From NCBI GenBank assembly GCA_030390025.1, contig CM059431.1, positions 131,938,001-132,002,000 on the forward strand: a stretch of 64,000 nt of DNA, in the 5' to 3' direction. Made by a program: the position numbers and the translations under genes. The stretch comes from Squalus acanthias (lineage: Eukaryota). The notes beneath the pieces were generated by a model, which saw nothing but the letters and a program-made list of their open reading frames with translations, ran no database searches and had not been told where the DNA came from. The stretch's first letter is position 1. Every line of letters begins with the position of its first letter. Shown one piece after another: positions 49,186 through 60,247 of this stretch.

Positions 49186-49765
49186 TGTTGTACAGGGCCT
49201 TGGTGAGACCACACCTTGAGTACGGTGTGCAGTTTTGGTCGCCTTATCTGAGGAAGGATGTTCTTGCCATGGAAGGAGTTCAGCGAAGATTCACAAGGCT
49301 GATACCTGGGGTGGCAGGAATGACATATGAGGAGAGATTGGGTCGATTGGGCTTATACTCACTGGAGTATAAGAATGAGAGGGGATCTCATCGAAACATA
49401 TAAAATTCTGACAGGTCTGGACAAACTAGATGCAGGAAGAATGTTCCCGATGGTCGGAGAGTCCAGAACCAGGGGTCATAATCTACGGAACGGGTAAACC
49501 ATTTAGGACAGAAATGAGGAAGAATTTCTTCACCCAGAGAGTGGTGAACCTGTGGAATTCTCTACCACAGAAGGTAGTTGAGGCGAAGTCATTAAATATA
49601 TTCAAGGATGAGTTAGATATATTTCTTAAAGCTAAAGGTATCAAGGGATATGGGGAGAAGGCAGGTACAGGGTACTGAGTTTAGATGATCAGCCATGATC
49701 TCATCGAATGGCGGAGCAGGCTCGAGGGGCCGAATGGCCTACTCCTGCTCCTATCTTCTGTGTAT
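49186..49765 (+). mobile_element. CR1 3' fragment
   Basis: [29 protein letters not shown]; 3' UTR as at 12050-12125. Confidence 0.95.
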
Positions 49766-50839
49766 TGCTGAGAAATGTGATAAAGTGCTATATATGCGCA
49801 AGTTTTTCTTTTTTCTAATTTTTAAGATGTATCCCCTGGTATTTGAATCCCTCACTATGGTGAATATGGTATAATTCTTTCACATTGTCTCGATCTTTGA
49901 GATTCTAAACACCCACTAAAGCAGTGCCCTGCAGGAGGTGCTATTTTCTGTCAGCGTGCAACCCTAATCCCCCAGGCAACCATTGGTTGAGCTTCAGATG
50001 TGATGAGCATTTTGTTTGACATGCAAATCACTTCTGAAGATCTCAGAGTGAAGTAGAATGTAAAGGCAGAATTTTAATACCCAAAAGTGTGCATTTCTAA
50101 AACATACTTTCCATCATATTTTTACTGGATCTGTTTAGGAGTTATATAAGCTTTTGAATCCTTAATAAATGAGCTTTATATTGGTTCCTTGTGTAATTGG
50201 CTGATTGGTTTTGATCTGCCTCAGAATTTCTCACCACGGAGCTCTAAAGTTACAGGGAAATCATAATTTGATTCAGGTCTGTTCATTTTAACTTGAATCA
50301 ACCAAATATGTTGCAAAACCTGGACTTTCACTGCCTTCAACTGTACCACAACACATTCAGGTAACAAATTTCAAAATAGGCTAACACTGATTTTCCACCC
50401 TGCCTAGAATTAACAACATTTAGGCTGGCAACATCCATGATGGATTTAGTAATCAATTTGTATCTTTCTGGAATGGTTCTTTAGTCTATGCTTGGAACAG
50501 ATGTGTTGACTAATTAATTGATTGATTGGTCATGACTAGATACGTAGTACATTGTTAATTGGTCATGTGAATTTAGAAAAATTAGCATGATTTATTGTAC
50601 TTCGGTTTATTTACCCATCAGAAGAGGTGGTGTGGGAAAAATGGCATTCATGCAAGCCCTTTTAAGTCAACATTTACAATGACAAAAATAAGTAACTGTC
50701 AGTTATTATCAAGAACAGTTATTCAAATTACCCTCTTTTCATTCAACTATTTATATCAGAGGTCCCTCAATCTTGGGCAGTGCCAAAATGTTGACCCGAC
50801 CTGAACTTAGACCCTATTGTTTCACCATGTTCACCTTAC

Positions 50840-52759
50840 GCAGTATATATGAAAATTCAATAGAAAAGGGAAGAGTGCCAGAGGACTGGTGGACAGCTAA
50901 TGTTATTCCTATATTAAAAAAGGGAGATAGAACAAATCCAGGGAACTATAGATCAGTTAGATTAACGTTGGTGGTAGGAAAGATATTGAAATCTTTACTC
51001 AATGATATAATAGAAAAACATCTAGAAACCGAAAATATAATAAAGAATAGTCAGCATGGATTCCAAAAGGGAAGGTCATGCTTGACCAAACGTACTGAAT
51101 TCTTTGAAGAAGTAACAGAAAGAGTAGACAAGGGTAATGTAGTGGATGTGATATACATGGACTTTCAAAATGCCTTCGATAAGGTACTACATAGTAGACT
51201 CATGACTAAGGTCAGAGCACTTGGAATCAGGGGACAAGTAGTAGAATGGGTAGCAAGCTGGCTACAAGACAGAGAGTAGGGATTAAAGGTAGTTACTCAG
51301 ACTGGCAGAAGGCAGGAAGTGGTGTTCTTCAGGGATCGGTGCTTGGACCACTGTTCACTATTTACATAAATGATTTGGACTCAGGAATCGTAAGTACAAT
51401 ATCAAAATTTGCAGATGACAGTAAATTGGGGATATCGTTACTAGCGTGGAGGACTGCGACAAAATACAAGATGTTAATAAATTTGCAGAATGGGCATGTA
51501 AATTGCAAATGAATTTTAATATAGATATGTGTAAGTGCAGCATTTTGGTAGGAGGAATATGGAGGCCACCTACCCCTTGGAAAATAAGAGTCTAAATGGG
51601 GTAGAGGCGCAAAGGGATCCAGGGGAACGAATACACAAATCATTAAAAGTAGCAATGCAGGTTAAGAAAGCCATAGAAAGTACAAACAAAGCACTGGGGT
51701 TCATTTCTAGAGGAATAGAATTCAAAAGCAGAGACGTTATGTTAAACGTATAGGGGGGAGAAATTCCCCTCGAGCCCCGTTTGGTGCGCTAAATCAGAAA
51801 AGCAGGAAAAGTTAGCGCCAGGCGCTAACCTCTTCCAGCCTCTCTGAAATTCCCATGTTTTGCTTCAAGAGGGAAGTGGGGCGCCAAATCAAGCACTCCA
51901 CTTCCTTCTTAGAGCGCAAGAGGGGGGGAAGTTTGTCACCCGGGGCGTGGCGCTGCAGCGTTGCAGGGGCTCTTCCCTGAATTAAAGGGAAGGGCCCCAC
52001 GCTGCAAACTCTGCAGTTTAAAAAAAACTTACCTGGACCACTGGGGAGCGGAGGTGCCGCACGATCAGCCCGGCGACTCAAGCAGAGTGCCGGGCTGACC
52101 GATTGTGGCACGGACTCCGCGTCCGGAGGCGCAAAAAAAAGTTTTGAAAAATCCGACTTTTTTCCAGGGCGTCCGGCCACCTCACCTTTAACTCCGGCTC
52201 CACTAGCGGCCGGCAGCCCTGCTCGCGTCCCCTGTAGCAGTCACTGCAATCGCCCGGCGCTGCTGCAGGGGGCGAAGGGGAATTTTTGTGCTGAGGCGCT
52301 CCCGGGGCGATGCGCCCGGAGATGACGTCACGATCTCCAGGCGCATGAGATCGGGGCGCATACCGGTAGGAGCACAACCTGCTATCGCTGCCACTAACCT
52401 CCCACGGAATTTGGCGGGAGGCACGGTCAGCGAAAAGGCCTTTGCGCTCCCCATGGGAGGCGCAAAGGAGGGGAATTTCTCTCCCCTAGAATCTTGGTTA
52501 GACCAGAGTTCTGGCATCCATATTACAAAAAGGTTATAGAAGCATTGGCAAAAGTACAAGAAAGATTTACAAGGATGATACCAGAACAAAGAGGATACAA
52601 CTATCAGGAAAGACTGAACAAGCTGGGGCTCTAGAAAAGAGAAGACTGAGAATTGACCTGATTGAGGTCTTTAAAATTATGAAGGTGTTCAACAGGGTAG
52701 ACGTAGAGAAGATGTTTCCACCTGTGGGGAGTCCAAAACTAGGGGCCACAAATATAAGA
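50840..52759 (+). mobile_element. Decayed CR1 RT fragment, split by a MITE and truncated by a duplicated segment
   Basis: PEDWWTANV, SQHGFQKGRSC, DFQNAFD and FADD. Confidence 0.9.
51754..52486. mobile_element. Harbinger-type MITE (family A, inverted)
   Basis: TIR GGGGGAGAAATTCCCCTC / GAGGGGAATTTCTCTCCCC, TSD TAG (51751-51753, 52487-52489). Confidence 0.85.
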
Positions 52760-53445
52760 AGGCCTGAGGGGGTGATCAGAGGCCTCGTGGGGGAATCTCT
52801 GATCTCAGGGGGTGGGTTAGGTAGGGACCCTGGATCCAGGAGGTATGTATCTCCTGGCACTTACCTCCTGGATCCAGCATTCCCCGCCTTGTTGTAACTG
52901 CCGGGTTTTATGAATTGTGCAAAACCCATCCACATGCAGTTAAAAACAAAATGGAGATTAAAAAAGAGGCTTCCAGCCTCATTATAATATTTAAATTGAC
53001 GTCCCCCTCCTGGGAGCAGCTTGGCTGCCCGCCCCGTCCCGCCTCCGTTAAAATCGGAAGTGGGCAAGTTGGAGGTGGGTTCAGGTTGGGAATCCCATTT
53101 TTAACAATTTAACTACCCCCACGCCCCCAACCCATCCATTTTTATAGGTTAAAATTCCCTGTCTGACTTAATATGCATTGTTAACTCGCTATAATGTTTC
53201 TGTTGTTGCCACTTTGTATGTACTTCCTTTATGGCGTTAAGCATTTTACAATATTGCCTGAGGGTCCAGGTGCTGCAGAAAAGGCTCTATTTGGATTATG
53301 TACAGCACCAGACAAGTTCATATGCAGGTTCATGGCTTTGTTTTTAGCAGCCGTACGTTCCCCAGTGAGGACTTTCCTTGTCTGTACTGGCAGGCTAAGT
53401 GGATCAATCTGCTGGTGACTAGAAAAATTGACCATCTGCACTCCT
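52757..53445 (+). repeat. ~690-bp direct duplicate of 62639-63327
   Basis: About 97% identity by manual comparison; covers half a MITE plus ~285 bp of flank. Confidence 0.95.
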
Positions 53446-55506
53446 GATATTTTTCATTCATAATTTTAAAAATTGTTTTTTTTTAATTTATTTTGGTGAA
53501 AAGTTAAAAATAATTTATTATTATTCTCAACAGCAACTTTGAGCACAGGCAGATTGTAATACTGGGTGTAAATGTGTAATCTGGGTAATAAATATTAACA
53601 CAACAGGAATTTACAACTCAAATCATTGGTTTGCCAGCAATGACCCGTACAGTGGCTGAGTGAGGACAATTGGTGGAATTCCAGAATCTCCTATTTGGAA
53701 TAGCCAAAGTGATTTATTTCAATCAAGTGAAAAGTACTATCATGTTGGGGTTTGATAGGGAGTGAGAACATCAGTCCTTCTAAATGGCAGTGCCTGCTAA
53801 TTATGGAAAGTCTTCCAGAGTGTTGATTACAGGAGCTGTGCTGAGAAGTGAGAAAAAGACTTTTGATTTGTGTTCAAACAAAGAAAATATTCATTTTATC
53901 AACCATTCACTTCAATCCAATCAAATGAACAATACCCATCCCACAAAGCTCATTGAAGACATGCTGTGCTCGTAACTGTTTCTCAGACCCCTTTTATATT
54001 ATTGAATCATTTCCAGTAGAAGTGGTTCTATAATTGAGTTGGTTTCCATTGTGCTGAATCTGTGCTGCTTAGAGTGGATTTAGCAAAACCAAGAGTGCAC
54101 AGAATCTTTTGTGCGTGCATAATTGCTTTAAAATCGTGTTCCCGACTTTGTCACTCTGGCAATGTCAAAAGTGAATTTCTGGCCTGTACAGGCCACAAAC
54201 CACCAATGGCCAGAGCTCAGATACAGACCTGATGTGAGTGATGCCACCAGCAGTCATGGTAAGATCTCTCAATGAGATTTCAGTGCTGCCATTGGCACTG
54301 CATCATTTACACCATGGGGCCACTTCTGGCAATCATCAAAAGTGCTCTGTTGTGTACATGAGCCAGTGCCGATCAAGGATTTTCCAAATTATCACACACC
54401 GTTTCAATGCATACAAAATCATGGGCACCAAGGCCATAATTTGTAATCTATGTTGGTGGCAGGTTATGTGCTTTGCTGCAGGCAAGGACTTGGAAAATCT
54501 ACCCTTAAAAGTAGAGGGTATCAATTGAAGGGATAATTACTTGTCCTAGCCCTTTCGGACTACCCCAGATCAGGTGTATTCCCCAGACGTTTACCCTCAA
54601 CTAAAGTTAGCGGTAGCCGGATCCCATAAGACGCTTAATTGGGTCTAAAGGTCAGACTACCTCTCCCTAAAGGAAAGAAACGGTCTAAAGATGTTACCGT
54701 ACTCCAGATAGTACTTTTAATAAGTTTAACTAGACTGTAACCTTCCTTATATTATAAGGGTCCGGAATACCCCCCAGAATTCTGCAACTCCTTTGAGTGT
54801 ACAGAAATTGAGTTCGCAAGATGATACAGAAATGCTCTTTGAGACTATTCTAAAAATATATAGATTTATTACCGAACCGACATTCAGTTTAACATTATGG
54901 CAATCGCAACTTTAATCGTTCAAAATACAAATAGCTTACATTATCTTATTCTCAGAGATCCTTATTCTCAAATCTTAACTTTGTTAAATTTCCACATTTC
55001 TACTTATTTCTTAATCCAGAATATCCACCAAATCAAATAAGAGTACTTTGATCCCCGAGACTCAAAAGTTAAAAACTTACAGAGAATGTCTGTTAAGTTG
55101 AGAAACGCTTGCCTTCTCAGCGACTTCTGACTTTTCTGTCTGAAAAGCTCTATTTTTATACTCTTCTTTGGTGGCTTATTCTTTGAAGTTTTCGTGTTTG
55201 TGTAAGCTTAATTGCATTAAGTCATTCTTTGCTGACTTTGTTCTATTCTTTATTGTCATTTCAGCTGTCAGCTTTTAGACTTGTGTCCTGTTTAGGTGTT
55301 TCCAAAACCATCATAAACACAATGACAGCAATGGTTTCTGTTTGATGCAATTCTTATCGAAGTCTTTCTATTGAATTTCTAATACTACTTTAACTGGTTA
55401 TTAGACGTTGTGACTCCGTGGTATTACATATAGAACATAGAACAGTACAGCACAGTACAGGCCCTTCGGCCCTCGATGTTGTGCCGAGCATTGTCCGAGA
55501 CCAAGA

Positions 55507-58500
55507 TCAAGCTATCACACTCCCTATCACTCTGGTGTGCTCCATGTGCTTATCCAATAACCGCTTGAAAGTTCCTAAAGTGTCCGACTCCACTATCACA
55601 GCAGGCAGTCCATTCCACACCCCAACCACTCTCTGAGTAAAGAATCTACCTCGGACATCCCTTCTATATCTCCCCCCATGCACCTTATAGTTATGCCCCC
55701 TTGTAACAGCTGCCTCTACCCGAGGAAATAGTCTCTGAACATCCACTCTATCTATCCCCCTCATCATCTTATAAACCTCTATTAAGTCGCCTCTCATCCT
55801 CCTCCGCTCTAAAGAGAAAAGCCCCAACTCCCTCAATCTTTCCTCATAAGACCTCCCCCCCAAACCAGGCAGCATCCTGGTAAATCTCCTTTGCACTCTT
55901 TCCAATGCTTCCACGTCCTTCCTATAGTGAGGTGACCAGAACTGCACACAATATTCCAAATGTGGTCTCACCAAGGTCCTGTACAGTTGCAGCATAACCT
56001 CACGGTTCTTAAACTCAAACCCTCTGTTAATAAACGCCAACACACCATAGGCCTTCTTTACTGCTCTATCCACTTGAGTGGCAACCTTCAGAGATCTGTG
56101 GATATGAACCCCCAGATCCCTCTGCTCCTCCACGTTCCTCAGAACCCTGCCGTTGACCCTGTAATCCTTATTCAAATTTGCCCTACCAAAATGAATCACC
56201 TCGCACTTATCAGGGTTAAATTCCAACTGCCATTTTTCGGCCCAGCTCTGCATCCTATCAATGTCTCTTTGCAGCCTACAACTGCCCTCCACCTCATCCA
56301 CTACTCCACCAATCTTGGTGTCATCAGCAAATTTACTGATCCACCCTTCAGTCCCCTCCTCCAAGTCATTGATAAAAATCACAAACAGCAGAGGACCCAG
56401 CACCGACCCCTGTGGCACACCGCTGGTAACTGGTCTCCAGTCCGAAAATGTTCCATCCACCACCACCCTCTGCCTTCTATGAGATAGCCAGTTACTTATC
56501 CAATCGGCCAAATTTCCCTCTATCCCACAACTCCTTACTTTCTTCATGAGACGACCATGGGGAACCTTATCAAACGCCTTACTAAAATCCATGTATATGA
56601 CATCAACTGCTCTACCTTCATCTACACACTTAGTTACCTCCTCAAAGAATTCAATCAAATTTGTTAGGCAAGACTTACCCTTCACGAATCCGTGTTGACT
56701 ATCCCTGATTAAGTTGCCCCTTTCCAAATGGTCATAAATCCTATCCCTCAGGACCTTTTCCATTATCTTACCAACCACCGAAGTAAGACTAACCGGCCTA
56801 TAATTACCAGGGTCATTCCTATTTCCTTTCTTGAAGAGAGGAACAACATTCGCCACTCTCCAATCCTTTGGCACCATCCCCGTGGACAGTGAGGACCCAA
56901 AGATCAAAGCCAGAGGCTCTGCAATCTCCTCCCTTGCCTCCCAAAGAATCCTAGGATATATCCCATCTGGCCCAGGGGACTTATCGACCCTCAGGTTCTT
57001 CAAAATTGCTAAAACATCTTCCCTCAGAACATCTACCACCTCCAGCCTATCCACCTTTATCACACTCTCATCCTCAAGAACATGGCCCCTCTCCTCGGTG
57101 AACACTGACGAAAAGTATTCGTTCATCACCTCTCCTATCTCTTCTGACTCCATGCACAAGTTCCCACTACTGTCCTTGACCGGCCCTACCCTCACCCTGG
57201 TCATTCTTTTATTTCTCACATAAGAGTAAAAAGCCTTGGGGTTTTTCTTGATCCGACCCGCCAAGGACTTCTCATGCCCCCTCCTAGCTCTCCTAAGCTC
57301 TTTTTTTAGCTCATTCCTTGCTACCTTGTACCCCTCAATCGACCCATCTGAACCTTGTTTTCTCATCCTTACATACGCTTCCTTTTTCCTCTTGACTAGA
57401 CATTCAACCTCTTTTGTGAACCATGGTTCTCTCACTCGGCCATTTCCTCCCTGCCTGACAGGGACATACCTATCAAAGACACGCAGTAATTGCTCCATGA
57501 AAAAGCTCCACTTTTCGTTTGTGCCTTTCCCTGATAGTTTCTGTTCCCATCTTATACTCCCTAATTCTTGCCTAATCGCATCATAATTACCCCTCCCCCA
57601 ATTATAAACCCTGCCCTGCCGTATAGCCCTATCCCTCTCCATTGCAATAGTGAAAGTCACTGAATTGTGGTCACTATCTCCAAAGTGCTCTCCCACATAC
57701 AAATCAAACACTTGGCCCGGTTCATTAGCCAGTACCAAATCCAACGTGGCCCCACCTCTTGTCGGCCTATCCACATATTGTGTCAGGAAACCCTCCTGCA
57801 CACACTGTGCAAAAACTATCCCATCCGAACTGTTTGACCTATAAAGGTTCCAATCAATATTTGGAAAGTTGAAGTCACCCATGACAACTACTCTGTGACC
57901 TCCACACCTATTCATAATCTGCTTTGCAATTTCTTCCTCCACATGTTTATTACTATTTGGGGGCCTGTAGAAAACTCCTAACAACGTGACCGCTCCTTTC
58001 CTATTTCTAACTTCAGCCCATATTACCTCAGACGGCAGATCCCCCTCGAACTGCCTTTCTGCCGCTGTTAAACTATCCTTGATTAACAATGCTACTCCTC
58101 CACCTTTCTTACCAACTTCCCTACTCTTACTGAAACATCTATACCCCGGAACTTCCAACAACCATTCCTGTCCCTGTTCTAACCATGTCTCCGTAATGGC
58201 CACCACATCGTAGTCCCAAGTACCAATCCACGCTCCAAGTTCTCCTACCTTATTCCGGATGCTCCTTGCATTGAAGTAGACACACTTCAAGCCATCTTCC
58301 TGTCTGCCGGTACATTCCTGCGACCTTGATACCCTCCTCAGTACCTCCCTACACTCACCACTGGCTCGTGGACTACAGCCCTTTTTCCCATCCCCCTGAC
58401 AAATTAGTTTAAACCCCCCCGAAGAGCCGTAGCAAATTTCCCTCCCAGGATATTGGTGCCCCTCTGGTTCAGGTGCAAACCGTCCTGTTTGTACAGGTCC

Positions 58501-58524
58501 CACCTTCCCCAGAATGTGCTCCAA
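55507..58524 (-). CDS. CR1 ORF2: APE endonuclease + reverse transcriptase, uninterrupted 1005-aa frame (true start uncertain)
   Basis: YFNARS, ITETW, GDFN, SDH; NYRPVSLTS, QHGF, DFSKAFD, GVPQGSVLGP, FADD; no stops or frameshifts. Confidence 0.97.
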   Translation of the reverse strand: MEHILGKVGPVQTGRFAPEPEGHQYPGREICYGSSGGFKLICQGDGKKGCSPRASGECREVLRRVSRSQECTGRQEDGLKCVYFNARSIRNKVGELGAWIGTWDYDVVAITETWLEQGQEWLLEVPGYRCFSKSREVGKKGGGVALLIKDSLTAAERQFEGDLPSEVIWAEVRNRKGAVTLLGVFYRPPNSNKHVEEEIAKQIMNRCGGHRVVVMGDFNFPNIDWNLYRSNSSDGIVFAQCVQEGFLTQYVDRPTRGGATLDLVLANEPGQVFDLYVGEHFGDSDHNSVTFTIAMERDRAIRQGRVYNWGRGNYDAIRQELGSIRWEQKLSGKGTNEKWSFFMEQLLRVFDRYVPVRQGGNGRVREPWFTKEVECLVKRKKEAYVRMRKQGSDGSIEGYKVARNELKKELRRARRGHEKSLAGRIKKNPKAFYSYVRNKRMTRVRVGPVKDSSGNLCMESEEIGEVMNEYFSSVFTEERGHVLEDESVIKVDRLEVVDVLREDVLAILKNLRVDKSPGPDGIYPRILWEAREEIAEPLALIFGSSLSTGMVPKDWRVANVVPLFKKGNRNDPGNYRPVSLTSVVGKIMEKVLRDRIYDHLERGNLIRDSQHGFVKGKSCLTNLIEFFEEVTKCVDEGRAVDVIYMDFSKAFDKVPHGRLMKKVRSCGIEGNLADWISNWLSHRRQRVVVDGTFSDWRPVTSGVPQGSVLGPLLFVIFINDLEEGTEGWISKFADDTKIGGVVDEVEGSCRLQRDIDRMQSWAEKWQLEFNPDKCEVIHFGRANLNKDYRVNGRVLRNVEEQRDLGVHIHRSLKVATQVDRAVKKAYGVLAFINRGFEFKNREVMLQLYRTLVRPHLEYCVQFWSPHYRKDVEALERVQRRFTRMLPGLGGRSYEERLRELGLFSLERRRMRGDLIEVYKMMRGIDRVDVQRLFPRVEAAVTRGHNYKVHGGRYRRDVRGRFFTQRVVGVWNGLPAVIVESDTLGTFKRLLDKHMEHTRVIGSVIA

Positions 58525-58778
58525 TTATCCACATAACTGAAACCCTCCCCCCTACACCATCCCTGCAGCCACGTGTTTATCTGCACTCTCTCCCTGTTCC
58601 TCAACTCGCTAGCACGTGGCACCGGCAACAAACCAGAAATTACAACATGGTTTGTACTGGCTCTCAGCTTCCAACCTAGCTCCCTAAATTCCTGTTTTAA
58701 ATCTCCGTCCCTTCTCCTACCTATGTCGTTGGTACCGATGTGTACCACGACTTGTGATTGTTCCCCTTCCCCTTTGAG
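58404..58778 (-). CDS. CR1 ORF1 C-terminal SGNH/GDSL esterase domain (5'-truncated)
   Basis: VHIGTNDIG and DGLHLN esterase blocks. Confidence 0.9.
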   Translation of the reverse strand, partial: LKGEGEQSQVVVHIGTNDIGRRRDGDLKQEFRELGWKLRASTNHVVISGLLPVPRASELRNRERVQINTWLQGWCRGEGFSYVDNWSTFWGRWDLYKQDGLHLNQRGTNILGGKFATALRGGLN

Positions 58779-59593
58779 TTCAATACAAGAACAATGTAAT
58801 TGCTAGGTGTATCCATTGAAGTAATATTTTCAAAGTCATCTTGTTTGTGTACTTTTTACAACTTGTAAATTAAAACCACTTCTCTAGTATCTTCATGCAT
58901 TTCTAATTTACTTCAATTGGTTTTTTATCAGACCTTGGGACTCCATCTTTCAAGCTTAACATTAAAACTATTTGTTCAGCAGGCATTTCTTTTACTTGAT
59001 GTCATATCTTCAAAGCCTTCTGTAGGTATTATATTTACAATATGTAAATTGAAAACACTTCTCTCAGTGTTTACTTGTTTTCTAGCTAGCTCAATTGGTT
59101 GCATATTTAATCGTGTTTCCTGTCTTTAAGTTTAACATAAACTATTTTACGACAGGTATTTCTTACTTGATTTCATTCTTTCAAAGGCACTTGTTTTTTT
59201 TAATGTTCTGTGCACCTGTTCGACGTGTTAGATTATAACACTTTACTTGAGTCATTCCATTGTTTTGATTCCAATGTTCAGACGCTCTGGAAGCAAACCT
59301 TTGCTTTATCAATCGGGCTTGTTTCTTGGTCAATATCCCATTCCCATTTCAAAGCCTGTGGTGTTTTACAACTTGTGAATAACTGATCTTTATCTCAGAA
59401 GCCTGTATTGTGCCTTCAGCCTGTGTCGCCGAGGCTTATGTCTTTTAAACCCAGTATGCTTTTTATTAATAATTTCAGAAATCTGTTCGTAGTATCGTGT
59501 ATTTTTCTGAATCCTGGCTATTCCTTCACACAATATCTGCAGGACTTGATTTTACCCAGATTAAAGTAAACATTAACTCGAAGGGGAAGTAAT

Positions 59594-60247
59594 GGCCTGT
59601 AATTTCCGATAGGAGGCTTCCTGCGTGCGGATGCCTCCTATCGGGAAAAAATTTACGCCCTTACCTGAGGGCTCCCGAAGTCCAGACACTTCCGATCCTG
59701 GGCCTCTCCACAGTCGAAATGCACAGGGCCCAGGTATTCCAGGGGCGCAGGCGGTTCGCAAGCGTCCCTGGGATCACATGGGCCAGGCCAGCCAATGAAA
59801 GAAGGGAATCCCCCTTCATACTTTTGACAGATAGACCTGTCAAAAGTATGAATGGGGATCACTGAAAAAAGACATTAAAACATTAAATACATTTTTAAAA
59901 ACCATCACGTTTTTAAAATGAGTTAAAATTACATTAAATTAAATATTTTGAACAAAAATTTTATTTTTGGAAAAAAATAATTGAAGTTTTTACAGGGCTA
60001 AAAATAAACGTACCTTTTTTAAAAGTATTTTTAAATTATAAATGAGTGAATTTTTTAAAAAAGTTTTTTAAAACTCTTATGCTGGTAAAAGCAGGCCTTA
60101 CGCCTGCTTTTACCAGAGGATTCTTGACAGATTGGAAATGCCGGTTTTCAGCGCATGCACTTCGCATGCCTGAAACCGGCATTTCCGATGTCCCTATGTG
60201 TGTGTACACAGCGCGTAAACACCCGTAGGCATAGGAAAATACAGGCC
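59594..60247. mobile_element. Harbinger-type MITE (family D-related)
   Basis: TIR GGCCTGTAATTTCC / GGAAAATACAGGCC (13/14), TSD AAT (59591-59593, 60248-60250). Confidence 0.85.

Larger units (their letters stand above)
55429..58778 (-). mobile_element. Young CR1 LINE, 5'-truncated within ORF1
   Basis: Partial ORF1, intact ORF2, 3' UTR and (GTTCTAT)n tail at 55430-55445. Confidence 0.97.
54542..59546 (-). mobile_element. Probable long solo LTR (~1.65 kb: 54542-55428 plus 58779-59546), split by the intact CR1
   Basis: Ends TGTCCT / AGGAC(T); minus-strand TATAAAA (55154-55160) followed by AATAAA (54865-54870); ~180-bp internal tandem duplication in 58830-59190. No clean TSD. Confidence 0.5.

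Noticed and set aside
50220..50366. Possible plus-strand exon ending CAG|GTAACA
   Set aside because: All three frames from the nearest plausible acceptor contain stops.
53194..53441. Duplicated ~70-aa ORFs (also 63085-63335) as a small gene family
   Set aside because: Similarity is explained by the DNA duplication; no recognisable domain or convincing splice structure.
54240..54500. Possible further Harbinger transposase relic (similarly ~60470-60510)
   Set aside because: Motif resemblance too weak to support without an alignment.
55960..58213. Plus-strand ORFs opposite CR1 ORF2
   Set aside because: Antisense shadows of the RT frame; similar ones recur opposite other CR1 copies (e.g. 26641, 29872, 31174).
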